Part shown: positions 35,422-47,073 of the stretch, in pieces
How positions within the stretch are numbered: position 1 is the stretch's first letter
How the letters are laid out: each line of letters begins with the position of its first letter
Assembly (NCBI GenBank): GCA_013416795.1
Contig: RQSC01000892.1
Coordinates: forward strand, 1-55,487
Length of the DNA stretch: 55,487 bases
Origin: Prasinococcaceae sp. CCMP 1430
Lineage: Eukaryota; Plantae; Prasinodermophyta
Reading direction: 5' to 3'
Made by a program: the position numbers and the translations under genes
The notes under the pieces: generated by a model
The model's database searches: none
The model's input: the letters and a program-made list of their open reading frames with translations, nothing else
Told to the model about the DNA's origin: nothing

Positions 35422-38400
35422 CTACATCGATGGGCTCGGCAGGTCGGCGGCCTCTCCCGCCTGTTGGTAGCAGCACACGCAGTCGTACAAGTCGCCCCCG
35501 AAAAGGGTCTCCGCCAACCGTTTGTTCTTCACCATGGCGAGCTTGATCGAGTCGCACTTGAAAGTTGCGCGCAGATTGGTGTGCAGTGCACGGCCCATGC
35601 CCTCGAGCACGACAAGATCAGCACCACGAGCGGCGTCAGCGACTTGCATCGTGATGCGCCGAAGGTCGATGCAGGGACCGCCGTGGCCGCTTGCCAGCAC
35701 GCGCAACACCCCACAACCATATCCCAATGCCTCTGCCTCGGTACGAGCCTCGGTACCCGCGTCGAGCACGCCGCCTCGGATGGCGGCATGACGAATGATC
35801 GGGCAGAGTTCAGCCGCCGCTGCGACGATGTGCATGAGCTCCGACGCGGTGACGTCGTTGAGCGCCGGAAGAGAGTTGGCCACAAGCACGGCCTCGCCAC
35901 CACCGCGCACGAGCTCGCGCGCAAGCGGCAGCACACCCAGCACGCAGTCTGCACCCGCATTGTCAAGGAAGATGAGCGCGCGCTTGTACTTCAGGCAGCA
36001 CCCGTCCGGTGCACCTTCGAGAGCTTTCGCCGCGAACCTGTCGAAATGGTCGACGAGGAACGGGCGCGCGAGCTTGGCTCGCGCCTGGCGATATATGTCA
36101 AAGATTGAGCCGTTCTGAAACAGCTCCACACACGCCGATGACCCCCCTGAGCCAGCATAGGAACGAGTGTCATGGGCGGCGAGCATCCGTCGTCAGTGCA
36201 CGTTTCGCAAACGATCGGCAGCAACATCGGATATGAGCGCAAGAGCGCGGAGGAGTGATCGGCGCGCAAGCGGACGCGCACGCACAGTCGAAGATGTTCC
36301 CCGCGAGCATACCATCAATCAGCGCGCGCACTCTCGCCTCTGCAGAGAGCGAGTCAATCTCCGCGAGCAGATCCGGCAGCACCGTCATCGCCGCCACGTT
36401 TTCCTCGCGCTTCTCGATGCAGTACGCGTCACTAAAATAGAACTCGCGCAAACAATCTTCGCGTAGCTCCAGCACTTCGGCCAACCCAAGCCGTCCGTAC
36501 GACGTGGGCTCCGCGCGAAGGCGCCCGATGTGTACGCGCATTGCGAGGTTGAGTGCTTCACCGCGCCGCTGCGCGTCCTCGGTGTCGCCCTCCGATCGAA
36601 CGGCGCGCTCTAGGAGCGACGGTAGCTGCTTCAACAAGATCTTGCACCAATAGTCCAGCTCACCCGGGCGCGACATGTCGACAGTGTTTGGTTCGTAGCC
36701 CGAAGGGTCGTGGAGGAGCGGGAAAACGGTGTGCTCGCAAAGATGCAGCACGCCCAGCACTTCTTCTCCACCCGGCGCGCCGATAGCCTCCGAGAGTTTG
36801 GTGATGCTGTTTCTGCGCGGCATGGCGTCGATGTCAGAGCTCGAGCCCGAGCTGGAGGCTGCCGGCACCGAAGCAGCTGCCGCGCCCTTTGATGCGCTCA
36901 GCATCGGTGGAACGCTCCCTGCTTGCGAATCGTTGTCCGCCCTGGGGCTACCTGGAGGGCTCACCGCTGGGCTGGTGCCGTTCGGAGGCGTTTCGCTCGT
37001 GCGCGTTCCCCACAAATGGCGCTTGCGCGAGATATGCACGAATCGCTCCATCCACGACACCTTCTCCTCGATGGTTCCGATAGGAGGGCCGTACACTGTC
37101 CCGCCAGTAATGGGCGCGCCAATGGGAAAGCGCTCAACCCACATGCGCCGCGATGAAGGCCCGTCGACATCGATTGGCAGGTCAGAAGGGACGCCGTTGT
37201 CGTCTTTCTTCTGTACGAATGCACCGATGGCCCCCAGGAAGCCCTCGTGGCGCAGGAAGAGCGCTTGCATCTCGCCCTTTGACCAGAAGTTGATGGAGAA
37301 CGAGATGGTGTCCATCGTGAACGGATGTCCGCGGATGAAAAAGCCACCAAAGAACACGCGCTTGAGGCCGTAGCGAACCGCGTTGAGGTGCGCGATCTGG
37401 CCGATATTGTATGCAATCATGCGCAGCAGGCTCAGCGCGAGGTCCTCCTTGCGATAGTCTGCCAGATGGTCGCGCTTCATCACCACCTTGCCAAACGAGC
37501 TCGCGATCGTGTCGGCGCTGAGCCCCGCACTCTCGTACGCCTGCCCTCCGTAGATGTCGCCAACCATCATGTCCACTTTGGTGTTGTCACCCTTGCGGCT
37601 GAGCTCCAGCATCTCGTCGAACGTTTCGCAGCCCGTCAGCAGGCGACACAGGCCCCAGAACGCGCCGCCTCCGAGCGTGGAGCCACTCACGCGTTGGCTT
37701 TTGCCCGGGCCGTCCACGCGCACCATGCTCACACCCGATCCGATATTGACGAGGAGGTACGGGAACAGCGCCCCCGGGGACCCGGGTGGCGCATCTTGGT
37801 ACAGCCGCACATACTGGCGCCCCTCCTTGTTGCGGTACGTAAACGCCTCATCGCGCACGGCCCGAAGCAGGAAATTCGCGCCGGCCACGAGACACTCCAT
37901 CTCATCGAGCTTGCTGATGTCCAGCCCGAGGCGTTGCTCGAAGAGGCTGGTGAACTTGTGCGCGCCGCCGCCGGTGGCGTTGATCGCCACGCGCGCGCCT
38001 GGGCCGCCTTCCGCGTCGCCCTCCGCCCCGCGCGACGACTCGAGGTGGAGGCCCTTGCTCTCGATGAAGTCGAAGCACTCGTCGATCTTCGCCGTTTCGA
38101 AGCGCACGAAGTGCATGCGGCCGATGGACGCTGCGTCCGCGCTACTGATGCCGCTGCCAGAAAAGCTGCGACCGCTTTCATCCACGCTGACCTTCCTGGC
38201 CGGTGCGGCTGCGCCCGAGCTGGCCCGGTCGCCCGGCCTGCTGAAATAGACCATCTTGATGAGTGTGCCACCAATGTCGATGGCGAGGTGCGAGATGCGG
38301 CTCTGCTGGTTCGGCAGCATGATCGTCGGCGCCTCCTCGGCGCTAGCAGCCGCAGCGCCCTGCCTGCCGCCCGTCACCCCTTGCGGCAACGACGCTTCGG

Positions 38401-38479
38401 CCGCGCGGCTCGGAGCGGCAGGGACGATGACCGCGCCACGGGCGCATACCTCCCCCGGCACCTCCATTGGCTCGACCAT
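35422..38479 (-). CDS. PANK2: Type II pantothenate kinase fused to a DUF89 phosphopantetheine phosphatase (plant PANK2 type)
   Basis: AIDIGGTLIK, ATGGGAHKF, DEMECL, YLLVNIGSGVS, LRHEGFLGA. DUF89 motifs AGNIFD|WG (intron 36147-36285), FLDNAG, ALND and LEGMGRALHTN. Confidence 0.96.
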
Positions 38480-38913
38480 ATCTGTCACCCTCTGCCCGCC
38501 CGAGCCCCAGCCCTCTCCCTACGCAGACGAGCGCGCACAAGCGCAGCGCTTTGCACTTTGCACCGGCCACTTCGCCCGCCGCGCCGACCACGCCGCGTGT
38601 TCGAGAACTGCAACTTCAAGGAGTTCCTTTGCCTCCTCGCACCACTAAAATGGGTAGGAGCTCCAACGCAATGGCCTCGCCCCCCCCCCCTCCCTCTTCC
38701 TCTCCCCGCGCGGCAGACGCTGGCGCGCCGCCAGCGCGCTGTGGCGCGCGGGGGACTGGGACCTGTACCGTGATGGGTACACCCGTGGACTCGCTTCTTT
38801 GCGCCCTTAACCCTACCCAAATCCCCAAACCCTCGTAGTGTCTGTGCAAGCACTCGTGATGTGATGAATAGACGCAGCGTATTTACCGCGGGCGCGGCGG
38901 CGGCCGCCGGCGC

Positions 38914-39780
38914 TCACAGGAAGGCGCTCTCGTCGGCCTTAGTCGCGCCCTCCGCTGCAGGCATGACGAAGTTGGGATCGGCCATCACCTCCTCCATGGC
39001 TGCTGTGAGCTCCTCCATGATGCGCTCCGCGTTCGCCTCGGCGGCATGCACCTCTGCGTCCTTCCAGGCGGTGTAGGCCGCGGTGAGGTCGCCACGCGCA
39101 CGCAGGCACGCGCCGCGGTTGAGGCCCGCCTGCGCGCGGAGCTGCGGGCCGCTGCCCTCCGACTTGTTTGCGAATGATACCGCCTCGTCGAGCTCCTCGA
39201 GCGCTCCGTCAAAATCGCCCTGCTCCACCAACACCGCCGCGCATCGGTTGTGCGCAGCCGCTGCGAAGTGCACCCCGGCTGGGCCCATGCGCTCGAAGGC
39301 GGCGGCGGCCTGGCGGAGGAAGCGGATCGACGCCTTCTCCTGGCCATCCGCGCGCTCCACCTCGCCGAGCGCGGCCTTTAGATCTCCCAGCCGCGCGAGC
39401 GCATCCATCCTCAGGCGCGGGTGGAGCCCCTTCTTGTCGGCGGCGGAAGCGTTGAGCTGCGCGCCACGCGTGAGCGCCGCGCGGGCGGCGTCCGGGTCCT
39501 TGCACGCCATGCACGCGTCGCCGAGCACACGCAGCACGAGCCCGTGCACGGGCGGCGGCGCGCCTGCTTTGTCGCAGAGTTTGTCGGCGTTCTCGGCCAT
39601 CCCGCGCGCGGCGGGCGCGTCGAGATCCTCGTAGAGCTTGCGCTGCGCGTTCTGCACGGCGCGCATAATGACGGCCGCCATTTGATTAGTCGCGGCCATC
39701 ATCTTCTGCTGCTCGGCCTGCGCCGCAGCCTCCGGCCCGTTCGCGGCAGCTGCCGCCACTTGTTTGTCATCGCCTGCCAT
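38914..39780 (-). CDS. TPR-like helical repeat protein
   Basis: 288-aa ATG-initiated ORF with TPR-like segments (LKAALGEVERADGQEKASIRFLRQA; VLVEQGDFDGALEELDEA; NRGACLRARGDLTAAYTAW). Confidence 0.7.
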   Translation of the reverse strand: MAGDDKQVAAAAANGPEAAAQAEQQKMMAATNQMAAVIMRAVQNAQRKLYEDLDAPAARGMAENADKLCDKAGAPPPVHGLVLRVLGDACMACKDPDAARAALTRGAQLNASAADKKGLHPRLRMDALARLGDLKAALGEVERADGQEKASIRFLRQAAAAFERMGPAGVHFAAAAHNRCAAVLVEQGDFDGALEELDEAVSFANKSEGSGPQLRAQAGLNRGACLRARGDLTAAYTAWKDAEVHAAEANAERIMEELTAAMEEVMADPNFVMPAAEGATKADESAFL

Positions 39781-40036
39781 CGCTGCACCTCCACCTCACC
39801 CCACCCCACCCCTCCTCGCGGACCCCGGTCCGGCCTCGGCCACCGCCCCTTCCCGCGCTCGTGTGCGGCCGGTGCCCCAGCGCGCGGAGCCCCGGCCGCC
39901 TCTGCCGCCGCTTCCGCCCACGTGCGCGCCGCCTCCCCCTCGCCGTACCCTGCTACCTTTGAGCGGGTCCGACCCACCGGCCCGCGCACGAGCCCCTCCA
40001 CTCGCAGCTCCTCGCCCCACCCCAGCCGCCCGCGCG

Positions 40037-40075
40037 CCCCTGCCCCTGCCCCTGCCCCTGCCCCTGCCCCTGCCC
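40037..40075 (+). repeat. (CCTGCC)n hexamer repeat next to the assembly gap
   Basis: About 6 tandem units just before the N-run at ~40107-40445. Confidence 0.9.
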
Positions 40076-40446
40076 CGCGCGCGCTGTGGCTGGCGCGCGC
40101 GCGCGCNNNNNNNNNNNNNNNNNNNNNNNNNNNNNNNNNNNNNNNNNNNNNNNNNNNNNNNNNNNNNNNNNNNNNNNNNNNNNNNNNNNNNNNNNNNNNN
40201 NNNNNNNNNNNNNNNNNNNNNNNNNNNNNNNNNNNNNNNNNNNNNNNNNNNNNNNNNNNNNNNNNNNNNNNNNNNNNNNNNNNNNNNNNNNNNNNNNNNN
40301 NNNNNNNNNNNNNNNNNNNNNNNNNNNNNNNNNNNNNNNNNNNNNNNNNNNNNNNNNNNNNNNNNNNNNNNNNNNNNNNNNNNNNNNNNNNNNNNNNNNN
40401 NNNNNNNNNNNNNNNNNNNNNNNNNNNNNNNNNNNNNNNNNNNNNN

Positions 40447-41252
40447 CGGACGGCGCGCCGCGGGGCTCGCGTCGCTCGGCGCGGCGCTCGCCGGCGGCGC
40501 TGGTGATGCGCGCGCGGCCGACGCCAAGTCGCTGTGGGAGCTCTCCGCGCCGATGTTCGGCGAGCAGGTGTCACTCTCCAAGTACGAGGGTGACGTCCTC
40601 GTTGTTGTCAACGTGGCTTCCCTGTGACCTCTGCAGAACGTTAACTTCCCGAGCCTCCGCTACTTCTACGAGGAGTACGGCGAGCAGGGATTTAACGTGC
40701 TCGCGTTCCCGTGCAACCAATTTGGCTTCCAGAGCCCTGGATCGAGCGAAGATGAGCGTCTCTACACGCTTCGCAAGTTCGGATTGGAGACGTTGCCGGT
40801 GTTCGACAAGGTGGAGGTGAACGGCCGCGGCGCCTGCGACGTGTACCGCTTCCTCAAGCAGCAGCAGCCGAACGCCGCGCCGCTGAGCTCAGTGCAGCGC
40901 GGTGGCAACGCCAACATCAGCTGGAACTTCGAGAAGTTCCTCGTCGGGAGGGATGGCGTGCCCCTGGCGCGCTACAAGCCCTCGCTTGACCCGCGCGCCT
41001 TCGAGGCCGACCTGCGCCTCGCTCTGGCTGGCAAGCCCGCGCGCCCGGCCGAGTGCCTTTCGCACCCGGGCCGCATTGTGTGCACTCAGCCTATGAAGGT
41101 GCGCTTTGGCACGTGCCAGCTCATGCGCGCACGCGCGTGCTCATGCGCGCGCATGCGACGCGTGCGCCCGCCTGCTACCACTGACTCGCGGCGATGCCTG
41201 CCGCTGAACGCGAGTGCAGGAGATCGATCCCGACTGGAAATTTGATGCCTAG
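40447..41252 (+). CDS. GPX: Selenocysteine-containing glutathione peroxidase, 5' end lost in the gap
   Basis: VVNVASL-TGA(40625-40627)-PLQNVNF continues in frame to LAFPCNQFGFQSPG, FDKVEVNG and ISWNFEKFLV. Intron 41099-41219; last exon EIDPDWKFDA*. Confidence 0.93.
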
Positions 41253-41260
41253 CCACCACC

Positions 41261-41363
41261 CCTGTCCGCAGGCGCCCATGACCGCCGCACGCTCACCACC
41301 CGTTCAGGATGCACGCGCATCCCAGGGCAGCGTGCGCGCGCGAGACGACGCCTCCGGCGCAGG
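41261..41363 (+). promoter_or_regulatory. SECIS-like element (type II-like, non-canonical apical motif) in the GPX 3'UTR
   Basis: Helix I AGGCG(41270-74)/CGCCT(41349-53). Core ATGA(41278-81)/GA(41342-43). Helix II CGC-CGCACGCT/AGCGTGCG-C-GCG. Unpaired CACCA, then ministem CCC..GGATGC/GCATCC..GGG. Confidence 0.8.
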
Positions 41364-42161
41364 CGTGGGCCAGGCGGCTCCACGGCGCACCTTTTAAAAA
41401 TACCTGTTCGTGGGCTACGAAGAGGATGGGGGCGCCTACGGCGCGCGACCGCCCCCCCTGGCCGCCGCGACACCCACCTGCTGCGCTCCGCTGCGCGTCG
41501 GCGTCGGAGTGCTCGCTGAGAGCCCTCTCAGTCTTGACACAGTCGTGAGCCGGTCACTGAGCAGCGCCCTCGAAAACGCTATTTTCAAGGGGCATTTCGT
41601 CGACAAAGCATTTCACCATCAGCGCTCGTCATTGATAAGTTTATCCGAAATGGCGGCACGAGGCTGAGCCACGTCGCACACAAAAAAGGGGCCCGCCGCC
41701 GGCCGCCTGTGCGGTGCTGAGCGCTCTGTCTGCCGGCGCTGCCGCCGCGCTGCAGGGCCGGGCGGGGGGGGGGGGGGGCCCTTCACGCGCGCTGGGGGAA
41801 CCGTCCCTATCAAAAAGCATGGGGGCGTGCGTGTACTGTACCATCAGTCAGATGCATGTATTGTAATTGCAATGGCCAGCGCCACTTTCTCGCATGCGCG
41901 CGCCGACGAGCAGAGGCACACAAACTTAGGAGGAAGGTGGCGGGAAGAGGAGGGAAGGAGGGCAGATAGGAGGAAAAGGGAAGGGAGGGGGGCCGGCGGG
42001 CAGAGAGGGGAGGATGGGAGGGATCACACGCGTCGATATTGCCACCTGTGGCGCTCCTGCCGTTCACACACGTCGATATCGCCGCCCCTCGCTTGTGCAC
42101 ACACGTCGATACCGTTGATCTGCTCAGCAATCCACGGGTACCGCTCGATGGGCTCGCACGC

Positions 42162-43586
42162 CTACTTAGCGACGTTGCTTGCAGTCTCGGCTCTCCTGCG
42201 TTCTCTCTCTTCGCGCCTCCGCTTTCTTTCGCCATCCAGTTGTCGGTACTCCGCGATGAATGATCCGGGAATGTTGCGCTCGTCGCCCCCCTCCGTCCTG
42301 GTACGCAGCGCCCACTTGATCGACGCCGCGATGCTCCTGACGGGCTGGTACGCCTCGCACTCATCAAACACGCTCAGCGTGTATTTCGGGGGCCCCGCGC
42401 TCGCGCCCTCGCAGCGCCGCTCGAGCTCCGCACTCGCCTTGGCGACACGCGCTGAGGCGCCCGACGCCGCAACGCGGTCCAAGTCTGGCCCAAACTTGCG
42501 CGAGAAATGCTCATAGATGGCCTGGTCAACCGTATTCAGCCTTTCAATCATCGTCACGTTGATTCCGGTGGCGAGCTCGTCGAGCTGCGGAGGGGTAGGC
42601 CATGGCTCGCCTCTCCTTACACGCTTTTGCCTCACCGAAAGGTACGCCATATCCTCAGGAGGGCGCCCCATCTTCTCGGCGAGCAGCGCAAACGAGTCAT
42701 CCATGCGCTCGGTGATCATCACCACATCGAATATATCGTCGAGGTCCTCTACGAAGGCGCGCACGTTGGCCGGATCATAGTGCCCTGGTGTGCCCCAGTG
42801 CGGGTAGCCCAGCTGGTGGGCGGTGCTGTCCGCGTAGCCATGGTCGAGCGGGGTAAAACTCGGCTGCAGCGAGTGATCGTACAGCAGGCGAATCATGTGG
42901 GCGAAGCTCGCTCCCTTCCCTCCCATGGCGTAGTCCGTAGCGGGATCCTTCCAACGGTACCCAAAGTACTTGAGCGCCGACATCATGCGGCTGTGCGGCT
43001 CACGCACGACAGTCGCGACGAGCGCGCCGGTCACTAGGGACTGGCCGGCGATGCGCAGGCACTCCAGATCCCAGACCCCGTGCATGCAGAAGAGATCGTG
43101 CGGCGGCGAGCCGTAGACCCTGTTGCCTGACAAGAGTTGCGCGAAGGGCTCCCTCGCGTTGGTATCGCAACGGGGGTTCATCGAAGTGTCCGCACCCGCC
43201 GGGGTGATGGGAAGCTGTCCCTCGATCATCGCGCGGTGCAGGAGCGTGGCACATACGGTAGATGATCCCGTCTTGTGCGTCTTGACGAAGACGGCACGCT
43301 TGGGCACGCGGACGGCAGGCAATGGGCCGCCCGGAGCAGGCAATCGGCCGACGGCCGCGTCACTCGCACCATACATACTGGTCGTGTTTGCGGCCGCTAT
43401 CACGCTTGCGGCCATGGCTGCACTCGCGCTCGCAGCCATGGGCGCGCTCGCGCCCACCGCGTCGCGCACGTTCACGCCGCGAGCGCGTTTGAGCGCGACC
43501 ATGGTCGCGAACACGAGCACGGCCGCGACCGTGAGCGCTCGCGCGCCGGCACGCCAGCGTGCCCTCAGAGCGCCGCTCGCGGCCAT
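42162..43586 (-). CDS. Galactose-3-O-sulfotransferase-like type II membrane protein
   Basis: Signal anchor; 5'-PSB VFVKTHKTGSST; 3'-PB TVVREPHSRMMSALKYF; FDVVMITERMDDSFALL; NTVDQAIYEHF. Confidence 0.88.
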   Translation of the reverse strand: MAASGALRARWRAGARALTVAAVLVFATMVALKRARGVNVRDAVGASAPMAASASAAMAASVIAAANTTSMYGASDAAVGRLPAPGGPLPAVRVPKRAVFVKTHKTGSSTVCATLLHRAMIEGQLPITPAGADTSMNPRCDTNAREPFAQLLSGNRVYGSPPHDLFCMHGVWDLECLRIAGQSLVTGALVATVVREPHSRMMSALKYFGYRWKDPATDYAMGGKGASFAHMIRLLYDHSLQPSFTPLDHGYADSTAHQLGYPHWGTPGHYDPANVRAFVEDLDDIFDVVMITERMDDSFALLAEKMGRPPEDMAYLSVRQKRVRRGEPWPTPPQLDELATGINVTMIERLNTVDQAIYEHFSRKFGPDLDRVAASGASARVAKASAELERRCEGASAGPPKYTLSVFDECEAYQPVRSIAASIKWALRTRTEGGDERNIPGSFIAEYRQLDGERKRRREERERRRAETASNVAK

Positions 43587-44253
43587 CCTGCCGCCCCCGC
43601 GCGCACGTCGAAGACGACCGGCAGGGAGCGCGGCCCAACGGGCGCGCGTCGGCGCGCGTCGGCGCGCGGCGCACCGTTCCCCGATCGCGCGCAACCAACG
43701 CGTACCGCTGATACCGAGATCCCCACCGAGGCGGCGAAGTACCCTCGTGCCACCCGCGCGCCCACCGTGGGCGCCGCGCTGGCGTGGGGGAGTGGTGTGG
43801 TGCACACCCATGGCGATTCCGCTGCGCATCGCGGGCAAAAGCCATGGCGTACGTCGACATCATCGGTGCACTCGGTGGCCACTGCTGCTAAGGGTGCGAT
43901 TAGTTTTACATTGCAAGAAGGCGCAAGCGCTCCCCAAGCGTGCCCGCGACCCGCCATCCTGCGCTTGGATTACAGCCACACACCACACGCGTCAAATGCG
44001 ATGTAAAACTGTACTGTATCACTTATTGGGGGTATTGTGGGAGTGGACACCATGGTGGAGGCTTGTTTGATGAGGCCCGCGGCGTCGCGTGCCGGCGTGT
44101 GCGGGTAGCACCTGTGGAGCACTGACTGATGCGGCGCTGTGCAAATTAGACAAGGGCGCGAGCGCGCTCTCACGTCTATCCCGTGCGCCCCGAGCGCGCG
44201 AAGGCTGCTGCTGGGCGACTTCGGAGGGTGCGCGTGGCGCGCACGATGTGCGC

Positions 44254-46257
44254 TCAGCGCCCGTGCGTGTTCACAGCGGTGCTCGTGTTCGTGCACGGCA
44301 CGCGTTGTCCCCACCCGTTGAAGGGCCTCTGATGGGCTGAGGGGCCACGCCTCAGCACCGGATCGGACTGCATTCCCATCGGTGGGCCACGGCAGCGCGC
44401 AAAATGGGGCAGCAGGCGTCAGCGGCTGGTGCCATCTCTGGCCAGCGCGTGCATCGGTGGGCCTCCGAGCGTGCGCGAACGAATGCGCGCCCGGGCGCTT
44501 TCGCCCGCCTCGAGGGCCACGCACCTCATCCGCGTCTGGTGCGCGAGAGAGCGCGGGCAGGAGAGCGTCGAACGGCGCGTAGATTGCCTCCAGCCGCGCT
44601 CGCAGGCGGCAGTCGATGCTACGCTCCTGTTCATAGGCCACCACATGCTCGGCGTTCGCATGCGGCACCTCGATGTCACGCAACGCACGTGCGGTGCGGG
44701 CACCTCGAGAAGGCGGCACAGGCCCGTCTCTGGCAAACCCGACGCGTCCCTCACCCGAGCGTGCATCGCCACCGGTGCGCCCGGTCATCAGGGCATCAAA
44801 CCTCTCCTGCGCGCCATCCTCGATGAATTGTACGACGCTGCTCCACGCGCGGTCCTTCTCGTCAGCGTCGTCCGCGAAGAGCTCGTTGAAGAATGACAAC
44901 TGGACGTGGTCGCGCGGAAAGTAGCGCATCCAGTGGTACAGTGCCGGCGCATACATCCCTCGGATGAGGCCGTGATGACGTGTCCTGCACACCCCGCCTG
45001 TCACCGTGGCCAGCGATTTCATGCAGGCGAACCAGCGGGCATGGGCGTCGGCGAGAGACGCGAACATCACGCCACTTGTGAGGCGACGACACGACGGGCC
45101 GGCGGCATGCAAGGTGTTCAATTCATCCTCCACCAATTTGTCGAGGTTCCTGTCGCACCTTTTGCCGCAATCTGAATTTCTCATGGAAAGAATGCGCGCG
45201 ACGGGCTCTCGCAGCAACCCCAGCACGCGCAAGTGGTTACCGGAGGCTCCGAGCGCGCAGGCCACACGCGAGGGGTACTGTACAGAATCGCACATACCGG
45301 TGGGGGTCTTCTCGAAGCGCACGTGCGCTGCGTCGTTCTGGCCGTCGATGCCACCATTGCAGTCGCGAAATGCGGCGCCGTACTGCGCGTTCGCAAGTGA
45401 CCGCGCAGTCAGCATCTACTGGCGTTCCGCACACGCCGGCGATGGGACGCAGCGTGCACGGGACAGGATGCTGCATGCGCGCATTCGAGCGTGCGGGCAC
45501 GCGCGCGCCTACCTTCCTGAGAGCCGCCAACGCTTCGCGCGTGTAAACGGCAGGGTCGACCGACGAGGAGTTGTACACTCCGTTCTGCACGCACATGCCG
45601 CCCGTGCATGCGGCGTCCACGGCCGCCTGGATCAGGCCGCGGATTGCGAAGGGCTTTGGTTTTCCTTTCGGCTTTTTGAGCTGCCAGCGGGTCCTGTCCC
45701 AGAAGTGCGCCTCGGCTCCTATGTGACAGGCCTGTGCAGGCGCGATCCGAAGCGAGGTGGCACATGCCGTCAGACGTGGTGAGCGCAGGTCGCCCCTGAG
45801 GCACACCGCGATTTAGGCTGCGATCTCGGTGACGCCTGCGCGGGCGCGGGCGCACTGACGCGCAAGACTGCGGGCGCGGCGCTGCTCGCACCTTCATCCT
45901 CCCCGGCCAGCTTTCCATCAGCCAATTCAGAGTGGTCGTGCCACTCTTCTGCGCGCCGATGCAGATCGAAGTAGGCATGCTTGCATCGATCTCAGCCGGC
46001 AGCTGCAGAGAATCCAAGGCTGAGGATTCGACGGATTCGCCGCACCCTGCGAGCGGGTACACGTCCACTGGGGGCACCCCCTCGGCTGGCGGCCAGGCCA
46101 GCGCCGCCACGAGCGGCACAGGCACGGGTACCGCCGGTGCGCCGGCGCGGGGCCATGCGAGGAGCGCTCCCGCGAGAAAGACCGTCACGAAGATCGCCAA
46201 CGCGGCGCGATACGCCCACCACCGCGGCTGAGCTGGTGCCACCAGAGCAGCACCCAT
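44254..46257 (-). CDS. Sulfotransferase (HS3ST/NDST-like Sulfotransfer_1 type), signal-anchored, 4 exons
   Basis: IGAQKSGTTTL, EAHFWD, FEKTP, LLREPVARILS and RGMYAPALYHWMRYFPR. Introns at ~45731-45892, ~45416-45512 and ~44368-44525. Confidence 0.87.
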
Positions 46258-47073
46258 GTTCGCACGGGCGCAGTGGCCGCGGCCGCGGCCGCGCGTTGCA
46301 GGTACGCAACCGGGTGACCTCGGTAGGGGCGACGGAGCCTGCGGGGGAGGGGGGGGGGGGGAAGCGGCCACGCGCGGCCCGCAGACCCCCGAGCGCCCGT
46401 AGACACGCACGCGACGGACTTGCGCGGGCGCTGGGTGCCGCAGGCGAGTCAGATCCGTAGGTGGGCGCTTGCGCCTCGGGAAGCGCCGATCGCCCGCCGG
46501 CGCCCTGGGCCAGCAGGGGGTTCTCCTTCGCCCGCGCGCTGCGCTGCCCCGGTCCGGGCGCAGGGCGCGCGGTGATCGGCACCCGACGGGCCGGGCGGGC
46601 AGGGCGTTGGGCGGTGACCAAGCTGGCGAGAGATGGACGGAGGCGGCCGGGGGGCGGCGCCTGCCGCCTGCGCCCGGGCAGTGACGTGTGGCCCCATTGC
46701 GCGCTCTCTAGATCTGGTTGCCGCACGTGCGCGTGTGGCCATCGTCGCGTTCCCCGCGTTCCCCGAGCCGCCAATTTCCCCAAAAAACAGAGTGTGTGCG
46801 CGGTGCAAGGCCTCGCAGGCTTGCAAATCCGCCGAGGCGAACACGCATGCGCTTTGATGAGGAGCCGGTCCCGGAGCCCTGTGCCCCGATCGCGGAGGCG
46901 CCCGCGCAGCCTCGTGGCGGGCACGCACCACGTGCGGCATGCGCGCGCCGAGGGGGGGCGGCAGAGCTCTCTCTTTCTGCGCGCGCGCGTGGCGTGTGAA
47001 TCAACCCCAACCCCCTCCACCACACACACACACACAGACACAGACACTTGAGCGCAAACGTGCAAGTGCGCGC

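Noticed and set aside
38805-38833. Telomere-like CCCTAA/AAACCCT stretch
   Set aside because: It is too short and degenerate to call an interstitial telomeric array.
40624-40636. GTGACCTCTGCAG as a micro-intron removing the GPX TGA
   Set aside because: It is only 13 nt, would shift the frame and would delete the catalytic position. Sec readthrough with a SECIS explains the sequence better.
2423-41252. DXO, MESH1, PanK-DUF89 and GPX as a cofactor-repair or ferroptosis-like cluster
   Set aside because: The genes are spread over 39 kb among unrelated housekeeping genes, so the thematic link is probably coincidental.
41410-41667. Short ORF downstream of GPX
   Set aside because: It starts with GTG, has no motif and no splice evidence, so it cannot be supported.
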